Shown here one piece after another: positions 8,126-15,277 of a DNA stretch of 25,618 bases (position 1 is its first letter; every line of letters begins with the position of its first letter). The notes under the pieces were generated by a model. The model saw only the letters and a program-made list of their open reading frames with translations, was not told where the DNA came from and made no database searches. Source of the DNA: Nanobdellota archaeon (lineage in GTDB: Archaea > Nanobdellota > Nanobdellia > Woesearchaeales > GCA-2686295); contig JAHJDK010000149.1 of assembly GCA_018812505.1 (NCBI GenBank), positions 1 to 25,618 of the forward strand. Direction: 5' to 3'. The translations under genes and the position numbers were made by a program.

Positions 8126-8988
8126 CTTGTTTTATTTAATAGTGTCTTTTGCGCTATCTTTTTATTTTGTTTATATATTTCATTTGAAGGGTTTATGTTT
8201 ATTGCTTTATCATATGCTTTTATTGCTTCTTCATATTTCTTAATTCTTTCAAGTGCCACTCCTTTGTTGTTCCATGCTGTTGCGTATTTTGGTTTTATTG
8301 TTATCGCTTTGTCATAACATTCTATTGCTTCTTCTATTTGTCCTAGATTTTCTAGTATAAATCCTTTATTAATCCATGTTTCTGTGAGTTTTGGTTTTAT
8401 TTCTATTGCTTTGTCATAACATTCTATTGCTTCTTCTAGTTGTCCTAATTCGGATAATATTACTCCTTTGTTGTTCCATGCTGTTGCAAATTTTGGTTTT
8501 ATTTCTAGTGCTTTATCACATGCTTTTATTGCTTCCTCTAGTTTCCCTAAATCTTTTAGTGCCATTCCTTTGTTGTTCCATGCTGTTGCATATTTTGGTT
8601 TTATTCCTATTGCTCTATCATATGCTTTTATTGCTTCTTCTAATTTTCCTAGATTTGCTAGTTCTACTCCTTTGTTGTTCCAAGCAAGTCTATGATTTTG
8701 CTTTAGGCTTATTGCTTTGTTATATCTTTTAATTGCTTCTTCTAGTCGCCCTTCTTTTCCTAGTGCTTTTCCTTTGTTGTACCATTCATCTGCTATTATA
8801 TGCCTTATGAGTGAGTGTTTTCCTTGAAATTTTAGATTGTCTATTGTTTCGTATGTTCCAAACACTGTCAGAAACATCACAGCCAAGAACCATTCAGGAA
8901 TTTTTATAAGACGTTTTTTTCTCTTTATTTTTAATCTTCTTAACTCGTCAAATTCTCTTTCAATATCTTTTATTTCATCAAGGCGCAT
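8122..8988 (-). CDS. Membrane-anchored TPR protein (6 TPRs) with shared N-terminal leader (MRLDEIKDIEREFDELRRLKIK)
   Basis: Six 34-aa canonical TPRs (AWNNKG..L..LG.LEEAI..YDKAI.IKPK) follow a basic patch and a hydrophobic segment (WFLAVMFLTVFGTY). The start at 8988 aligns the leader; the track start is 9024. Confidence 0.88.
   Translation of the reverse strand: MRLDEIKDIEREFDELRRLKIKRKKRLIKIPEWFLAVMFLTVFGTYETIDNLKFQGKHSLIRHIIADEWYNKGKALGKEGRLEEAIKRYNKAISLKQNHRLAWNNKGVELANLGKLEEAIKAYDRAIGIKPKYATAWNNKGMALKDLGKLEEAIKACDKALEIKPKFATAWNNKGVILSELGQLEEAIECYDKAIEIKPKLTETWINKGFILENLGQIEEAIECYDKAITIKPKYATAWNNKGVALERIKKYEEAIKAYDKAININPSNEIYKQNKKIAQKTLLNKTR
8182..8793 (-). repeat. Coding tandem repeat with a unit of about 102 bp (six TPR units)
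   Basis: The plus strand shows recurring ttgttgttccatgctgttgc / ttctattgcttc blocks at a 102-nt period, matching 34-aa TPR units. Confidence 0.85.
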
Positions 8989-9032
8989 ATTTTTTTTATT
9001 CCCCATTTTTTTGTTTAAAAACAATTAAAAAA

Positions 9033-10370
9033 TTATTTTGGCAGTAGCTCTACCAATGTTTTGTATTTTTTCCAGGTGTTTTGATTGTTGCACACTGGAT
9101 TTTTGTATCTTAAGAGGTTGCTTCTTTGTGTCTTGACTTGTTCTACTTCTTCTTTCTTGAATTCTGTACTGCTGATTGTTTCTTTTAAGTCTATGACTTC
9201 TCTTAATTTTCCTTGTGTAAATTCATAGTCTTTCTCCCATCTTTGACGTATGGTGTTGTCTAGTGGGTTTCCTTTCAGTAATGCTTGAACTTCGTCCTTA
9301 CTAGTGTATTTGCCAATTTCGTTGTTCACTTCTTTGAGAAATTCTTCTCTTGCATTCGCTAATTTCACTATGTCTCCTGCTGACAATAATTCTTTGTTTG
9401 AGTTTGTCACTTGTTCTATTTGACTGAGGTATCTTCGTTCTATTGTTTGGTATAGTTCTGTTGGTTTTACTTCTGGTGTTGCAGTTGGTCCGCCGTGAAA
9501 TTCTTCCAGAAACATGTCTATTGTTGAGTACCTGTAGTCTTTGATATTCTTGCCTGTTAGGTTGTCAGGAGTTTTTATCTCAAGCATTCTTCTTAGGAAG
9601 TATTTGGAGTCTTTTGTTATGTTTAGCTGTGCTATTTGTGCCATTACAAAATCATAAAATATTGAGTGTTCCTCTCCAGGCCACATATTTCTAAGTGTTT
9701 GATGCGTTCCTTCAATGTTGAATCCTTGGAATGCTTCAACTCCCAAACCAAATATGTCTGTACTTTGAGAGTACTGCATGGTTTTTTTGAAATATTGTTC
9801 TATTAATTCGTAGGAACTGTATTCTATCGCGCTTTGATGACTTCTTGTACTTCTTTTCTGTGATGCATATTCAAAGTCTGAAACAGTCCAGATTATCTTT
9901 CCTCCTTCTTTGTATCCGAGACAGTTTGTGTCTTTTGGGTCTCTGTAAATATATCCTGCCAGATGCAATTCTTTGTTTCCAAGTGCTAATTGTATTATTA
10001 TATCCCACATTTCTTCTTCAAAGTTTTTATTCTGGTCTAAACTTGGAAAGAACTCTTTCAAATTCATATCTGCCCTTTCCATTAAAACTGCTTTATACCC
10101 TGCATATACTAGCGGCTTGGTTCCTATCAATCTCGCGAGGTGTGTTCTATCTTTTACATCTTGTATAATTTTATAAGTTCTTTCACTCTGTTCGCCTGTT
10201 GTGTCCCAGAGAGGAACTTTTAATGCACAGTTTAGGTTGTTCTCTTTCTGCTTCATAAAAATAATCAATGTATCATTTTTTATTCCTTCATCTTTTATAT
10301 CTGTAAATCTTTTATCATCTTCTAAATCATCTAATATTAGTTCTTTTATTTCGCTGTCTGTCATCTTCAT
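9033..10370 (-). CDS. Atypical Hanks-type Ser/Thr protein kinase with C-terminal helical extension
   Basis: ALKVP (subdomain II Lys), VLME, YIYRDPKDTN (catalytic loop), VSDFEYA (DFG-like), YSSYE (APE-like), STDIFGLG (subdomain IX). No clear GxGxxG loop. Confidence 0.85.
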   Translation of the reverse strand: MKMTDSEIKELILDDLEDDKRFTDIKDEGIKNDTLIIFMKQKENNLNCALKVPLWDTTGEQSERTYKIIQDVKDRTHLARLIGTKPLVYAGYKAVLMERADMNLKEFFPSLDQNKNFEEEMWDIIIQLALGNKELHLAGYIYRDPKDTNCLGYKEGGKIIWTVSDFEYASQKRSTRSHQSAIEYSSYELIEQYFKKTMQYSQSTDIFGLGVEAFQGFNIEGTHQTLRNMWPGEEHSIFYDFVMAQIAQLNITKDSKYFLRRMLEIKTPDNLTGKNIKDYRYSTIDMFLEEFHGGPTATPEVKPTELYQTIERRYLSQIEQVTNSNKELLSAGDIVKLANAREEFLKEVNNEIGKYTSKDEVQALLKGNPLDNTIRQRWEKDYEFTQGKLREVIDLKETISSTEFKKEEVEQVKTQRSNLLRYKNPVCNNQNTWKKYKTLVELLPK

Positions 10371-11230
10371 ATCCTCCCATATATCATGAATGTTATGTTA
10401 TCACCTAGCTTATTGGTGATGTCAAGATTAAACTCTTCTGTCAAGCTTAGCGAATCATATGCGTCTCTTATCATAATAGGATTCTCTGCTATCCATCTCA
10501 AATCTTCCTTGATTTGTTCTTCTTTAGTTCTTTTCTCACCCAAAAAGATTCTGCTTATAATATTTTGTTCTATCTGGCTGTCGTATAGTATTCCTAAAAT
10601 CTCTTCTTCTGCAACCATACTTGTAAATCCATCAGTTCCCATTATTAGTATATCTCCATCTTTGAAAGGTTTTTCATATAGCTCAACATTTATGTTTGGT
10701 TCTTTTCCAATGTAGTTTGTCAAATCTGATTCTCCTTTCAACACTTGTTGTTCTGTCTCTAAGAGTTGTGAGATATCTTTTGGCAGGTATACTTCTTCTG
10801 TTGTTAGTTTTTCTATTGTGTCGTCTTGGATGTTTGCAATATATACTGCTCCATCTCCGACGTGTCCACCATATAGTTTGTTGTTATAAATCATGCAGGT
10901 ATCAAGCGTCGTTCCACAATGTGATAATTATCCTACATTCTTTGCTATGCTAGTTATTACTTGGTTTGTTTCTCCTATTGCTCTGCTAATTCTTCTCAGT
11001 ATTTTTTCTTCTTTCACAATACCTCTTTCTAATCCTGATTGCAACATCAACATTTTTTTCATCAGGTAGTAGGTTGTTAGATCACTTGCTTCTGCTCCTG
11101 CTGCGTGTTGTCTTCCACCCATACCATCTGCCATCAAGAATATTTTTTTCTCAAAGTCTGCTCTTAATGAGTCTTGATTTTCTTCTCTCGTACCTATTGT
11201 TGATTCCCATATACAGTTATTTTCAGTCAT
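10367..11230 (-). pseudogene. PP2C/PPM-family protein phosphatase interrupted by one in-frame TAA (10928-10930)
   Basis: The two track ORFs share a frame: ...AKNVG-TAA-LSHCGTTLDTC-MIYNN. PPM motifs lie on both sides: GTREENQD and MADGMGG before the stop; GTT, HVGDG, MGTDG and GDNITF after it. AGGTGGA SD precedes the ATG at 11230. Confidence 0.85.
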
Positions 11231-13463
11231 TTTTCTCCACCTGTGTTCTTGTTTTATCAAAATTATTTATGTCTAATGTTTCCATGCAATAATTGTTTCC
11301 TTCATGGTATATTGCGAGCATGTTTCCTGGTTTGTCTGAGAAAAAGAATAAGTTTTCATCTTGTGTCCATATGCTTGTTTTGTTTTCGAATAATTCATTT
11401 TGCAGTACATATATCTGGCTTGTTCCTTTGAACAAGTCTTGTTTTTTGTAGTAGTTATTGATTATAATTCCTTCTGGTTCTTGGGTTATAACCTGAATTC
11501 CTCCTTCATCTAAGTTTGTGACTGCAATTGTTTTGAACATAGTGGTTATTTCTCTTGCTTGATTATTTTCAAGGTCTTTTACAATCATGTTTCCTTGCAG
11601 TTCGTTGTAAAACATCAGGTTGTTTTGTTCGTTTAGGATTTTTATCCTGCCTATATCTGTTTGTGAAGTTATAATTGGTGTGGAGATTATTCTTTGTCCG
11701 TCAAATACATACATTTCTCTTGGTGTTGCTAAGATTAATCCTTTATGATATGGAATAATCCTTTGCACTTCTAGATTTGTGTTTGTTATTCTTATTAGTC
11801 CTTCTTCTGGTTGGTACACACATATACTCGTTCTGTTATTATCTGTTCTTAAGAAGTATAAGTTTTCATTGTAACTCATGTCTTGTATGAACGGTCCAGC
11901 CTCATTTCTTGTTATTGGTTCTGATATGTGTATTGGTTTATTGTTATGTTTTTCGAACACAAATAATTTGTATTCAAATGTTTTACCTCCATGATTTCTT
12001 TCACTTAGACCAAACACTTCATTATCTCCTATTGCAAATGCACCTAATCTGGTTCTTTTATGTTCATAAGCCATCTCACTCCAGTTTGTAGGTCTGGATT
12101 TCTCGATTGGAAGGTTAAGAATGTATGTTGTTATTATTGGTGTTTTTGACTTATTAAATGAGTATTCTACTATTGTTCTATCGCTTATTTTTGAATGAGT
12201 GTAAATCCTTGAGTTCAGTGAATTTGTCAATAATCTTTCTTTGTTTATTGGAGTTTCCTCTCTGTTTATAATAATTGCATTTGCATTTGATCGTGTAGTA
12301 ATAACTCTTGTTGATGCTTTAAACATGTTCAGCATTAGCTCTGTGTCATCATTTGCAGTTAATTTGTGAAATTCTTTTGGAAGGTTTGTGTTTATAACTG
12401 CTTCTAAGGATTCTGTTGGTCCTACGATTCTATCTTGTATTTGTTGAAAGTCCTGATTTGAAAACAATTCTAGTTTGTCTTCGTTTAACTCTGGAAATCC
12501 TCTCTCAAAGGTTGTTGGCAGTTTGAAAAAATAATGATTATCACCTATTTTGTATGGAATCCCTATTGTTGTTGTGCCTCTGTTTATGACTGCTTTTGTT
12601 AGCTGCTGTATGGCTCTACCTGTTGGTATTGCTGTTGGTACTTCTCTTAGTAATTTTTCAATTGGTGTGTCAGAATATTTTCTTTGTAAGTAATCTATTT
12701 CCCATTCGATTTGTTTAACAGCCCATTTGTTGAGTTCTGAAACAATTTCTCCTTCATGTTCTCTTATTAAATCATATATTCCAAATGTTACATCCTCGTC
12801 CCAGACGGTTGTTCCTATTATTATTTCTGCACTCCTCAAAATTGGCCATGGCCTGTCATGATATCCGGATATTTCAATATTTATTCCTTCGTAAGCGTTG
12901 AATTTCTTGTTGATAAAAGTTTTCAGTATTTGTTTGCACCTTGCTTCTTCTATTGGTACGTGTGCTGTTATCTGTCTGATTGATGGGATGTTCCATCTTT
13001 GTGCTGCGTAGTGTGCGAGTGCTTCTGGCAGGTTTGATACTATGTTTATTATTCCTTTGAATTCCTGATTGAAATATTTTGCAAGTTCATCTATTAATGG
13101 CAGGTTGCTTTCAATCATGTTTGGTCTTTCTTTTTCTGTTGAAAGGTGTTTGCTTGCTGTGAAGAAGAAAAGACTTGTTTCTTTCAGAATTGTTTCTAAA
13201 TCATCCTTGTTGCTGTTTATGATTTCTGTACAATACATAGCTCTGTTTTCAGATGTTATTTCCTGCGCTCTTTTTTTCATACCCTCTCTTTTATCATAAC
13301 TGCCCTCGTTTCCAACAAGATATATTTTATTTATAGGTCTAAATATCTCATGTTCAGTTGTTGCGCATATCGCTGCTAATCCTTTCTCTGCAACTCCTCC
13401 ACATCCATAGAATGTAATATTGAACTCTTCATTATTTGATTTCTGAGCTTTTTTCGTGTTCAA
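11223..13463 (-). CDS. Fusion of an LDH/MDH-like Rossmann domain and a probable C-terminal beta-propeller
   Basis: ITFYGCGGVA (dinucleotide loop), ERPNMIESNLPLI, IVSNLPE, PIEEAR and ISGYHD resemble the LDH/MDH R..N, SNP, DxxR and GEHG motifs. The C-terminal ~350 aa consist of repeated short beta-strands. GGGGAG SD then TTG at 13463; the track start is 13493. Confidence 0.65.
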   Translation of the reverse strand: MNTKKAQKSNNEEFNITFYGCGGVAEKGLAAICATTEHEIFRPINKIYLVGNEGSYDKREGMKKRAQEITSENRAMYCTEIINSNKDDLETILKETSLFFFTASKHLSTEKERPNMIESNLPLIDELAKYFNQEFKGIINIVSNLPEALAHYAAQRWNIPSIRQITAHVPIEEARCKQILKTFINKKFNAYEGINIEISGYHDRPWPILRSAEIIIGTTVWDEDVTFGIYDLIREHEGEIVSELNKWAVKQIEWEIDYLQRKYSDTPIEKLLREVPTAIPTGRAIQQLTKAVINRGTTTIGIPYKIGDNHYFFKLPTTFERGFPELNEDKLELFSNQDFQQIQDRIVGPTESLEAVINTNLPKEFHKLTANDDTELMLNMFKASTRVITTRSNANAIIINREETPINKERLLTNSLNSRIYTHSKISDRTIVEYSFNKSKTPIITTYILNLPIEKSRPTNWSEMAYEHKRTRLGAFAIGDNEVFGLSERNHGGKTFEYKLFVFEKHNNKPIHISEPITRNEAGPFIQDMSYNENLYFLRTDNNRTSICVYQPEEGLIRITNTNLEVQRIIPYHKGLILATPREMYVFDGQRIISTPIITSQTDIGRIKILNEQNNLMFYNELQGNMIVKDLENNQAREITTMFKTIAVTNLDEGGIQVITQEPEGIIINNYYKKQDLFKGTSQIYVLQNELFENKTSIWTQDENLFFFSDKPGNMLAIYHEGNNYCMETLDINNFDKTRTQVEKND

Positions 13464-13493
13464 AATTATCTCCCCAAAACTTTTGAAAAACAA

Positions 13494-13546
13494 AATTTAA
13501 ATTGATTACTACTCGACAGTCACAGAATAACGGCAACATTTAAATA
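13494..13546. promoter_or_regulatory. Divergent promoter region with back-to-back TATA-like boxes
   Basis: TTTAAATT on the minus strand at about 13494-13501 (operon) and TTTAAATA on the plus strand at 13539-13546 (TrmB), separated by a GC-richer tract. Confidence 0.5.
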
Positions 13547-13577
13547 CTTAACTATGTTTCTCCACTAAAGATTCCTG

Positions 13578-14303
13578 ATGAATGAAGACATACTTACAGA
13601 TTTAGGATTAAGCACTAACGAAGCAAAGATATACACTTCTCTATTATCATTAGGTCTAACAACCATAACCTCTATCGCTCATGAGTCAAAGCTTCACAGA
13701 TCAAACGTTTATGATTCTATAAAAAAACTTGTTGAAAAAGGACTAGTTGCATACATCATAAAAGATAATGTGACATACTATGAAGCTACAGACCCGCAAG
13801 CGCTTCTAAGGATATTAAAAGAAAAAGAAAACAGGTTGAAAGCTGTTTTGCCACAACTGATGCTGTCAAAGAAGCTTGCACAGTCAAAAGGCGAAGCGCA
13901 CATCTACGAGGGAGTGCCTGCATTTACAAGATTGTTGTACGAGTTCTTACAATATAAAGATCCAATACTTGCATACGGAATTCCACCTATTGCTCCTGAA
14001 CTTATGAAAACCAAGATAATGCATTTTCACAAGGAAAGAATGGCACTGAAAATACCAATGAAGCACATATATAACCACAATGCTCAGGAACGCATAGTAT
14101 TTCTTAATAAGATGAAACTCACTTATGCAAGGTACCTTCCAGAATCATTCGATTCACAGGTATCAACAAACATTTGTGGAGAGGAAGTTTTATTGACTTT
14201 GTGGATAAAACCTGTTCTTACGATTCAAATAAAAAATAAGTTAGTCGCTGACTCCTACAAGAAATACTTTGACCTTCTATGGGCTGCTGCAAAAGCAGAT
14301 TAG
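13578..14303 (+). CDS. TrmB-family transcriptional regulator (wHTH plus effector-binding domain)
   Basis: LGLSTNEAKIYTSLL.LG.TT...IA.ESKLHRSNVYDSIKKLVEKGLV, Y.A.DP..L, and a C-terminal IKN..VADSYKKYFDLLW typical of archaeal TrmB-like proteins. Confidence 0.9.
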   Translation: MNEDILTDLGLSTNEAKIYTSLLSLGLTTITSIAHESKLHRSNVYDSIKKLVEKGLVAYIIKDNVTYYEATDPQALLRILKEKENRLKAVLPQLMLSKKLAQSKGEAHIYEGVPAFTRLLYEFLQYKDPILAYGIPPIAPELMKTKIMHFHKERMALKIPMKHIYNHNAQERIVFLNKMKLTYARYLPESFDSQVSTNICGEEVLLTLWIKPVLTIQIKNKLVADSYKKYFDLLWAAAKAD

Positions 14304-14338
14304 TTAATTTGTCATTATTTTGACATACAATTATATAT

Positions 14339-14500
14339 TTATCCGTTAGTCTTTAACCAGAACCATAAAGAATAAATCACTAATCCTAAACCAACTAAAC
14401 CCCAATGGTATGTGAGCTCAAGCCAACTCCCAACTATTAAAATAAGTCCTAAAATACAGATAACACTCGCAGTTGTCCTACGAGTCCAATTATCGCTCAT
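14339..14500 (-). CDS. 53-aa two-TM membrane microprotein (below the track cut-off)
   Basis: Manual translation: MSDNWTRRTTASVICILGLILIVGSWLELTYHWGLVGLGLVIYSLWFWLKTNG*. TTTAAATA lies about 24-31 nt upstream. Confidence 0.65.
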   Translation of the reverse strand: MSDNWTRRTTASVICILGLILIVGSWLELTYHWGLVGLGLVIYSLWFWLKTNG

Positions 14501-14669
14501 AAATAGCTAAATATTAGTTGAAATATTTAAATTTTTATGAAAAAAAGCAAATAAACAAAAACCTTTACTAATCCCTAACTTAAAAGTTAGGATACTTAAC
14601 GTGAGGTTTTTGGACTTGAAAATGGCATACTGAAATGAGAGGTATTAAAATGTACCATTTTCAAATAAG

Positions 14670-14677
14670 TATATAAA
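14670..14677 (+). promoter_or_regulatory. Archaeal TATA box (TATATAAA) upstream of the sigma-like gene
   Basis: TATATAAA ends 24 nt before the ATG at 14702, the same spacing as at serS and fic. Confidence 0.55.
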
Positions 14678-14701
14678 AAGACAGAGAATACTGTTAAAAA
14701 A

Positions 14702-15277
14702 ATGAGCAGTAACACACAAACAGATATGTTAATGATAGAATTCCAACAAGGAAATGAGTTGGCAGGAATACAAATCTACGAGCAAACATGGAACTATGTG
14801 AATAACTATTTAAAAAACAGTATGCCAGAGTTATCAAACTATGGAATAGATTCACAAGATATCACCCAGCAAGCATTCACGAAGATGTTTCTTAGAAACC
14901 ATCAATTCCAGTCAAGATCATCTGTGAAAACATGGCTGTGCAGCATTGCAAGAAACGAAGCAAAAATTGAACTTAAAAAAAAATCTAATAAAAACTCATC
15001 TCTGGACTTAATACTGGAAACAAATGGAGACTCTATAATGTATGAATTACAAGAAAATAACTATTATGATGATCAAGAAAATATGAATAGAGTTAGGTGT
15101 GCAGTTTCAGACTTAGGCAAAAAAAATCTTAATCAAGCAACAACGTTCATTCTAAGATATATGCAGGGATTAACAATAAAAGTTGTTGCATTAATGACTG
15201 ATTCAAACATATCAACTGTCAAAACCAGAAGTCACAGGGCAATGAACTATGTCCGAAGAATAATAGGACAATACTAA
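14702..15277 (+). CDS. ECF-type sigma-70 family factor-like protein
   Basis: Region 2: DSQDITQQAFTKMF....FQSRSSVKTWLCSIARNEA. Region 4.2 HTH: FILRYMQGLTIKVVA......STVKTRSHRA. At 191 aa it has typical ECF size. Confidence 0.88.
   Translation: MSSNTQTDMLMIEFQQGNELAGIQIYEQTWNYVNNYLKNSMPELSNYGIDSQDITQQAFTKMFLRNHQFQSRSSVKTWLCSIARNEAKIELKKKSNKNSSLDLILETNGDSIMYELQENNYYDDQENMNRVRCAVSDLGKKNLNQATTFILRYMQGLTIKVVALMTDSNISTVKTRSHRAMNYVRRIIGQY

Noticed and set aside
8182-8793. Periodic repeats as a possible CRISPR array
   Set aside because: The 102-nt period is in frame and encodes TPRs. There are no unique spacers and no cas genes.
10320-10370. Kinase N-terminus (MTDSEIKELILDDL) as a ninth copy of the leader
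   Set aside because: It shares only MT..EIK and lacks the E-F-x-x-L and downstream I-[RK]-[VI] positions. Too weak without an HMM score.
10928-10930. Genome-wide stop-codon reassignment explaining the PP2C TAA
   Set aside because: serS, fic, the carboxypeptidase and others end at TAA at expected lengths, and no other gene shows internal stops.
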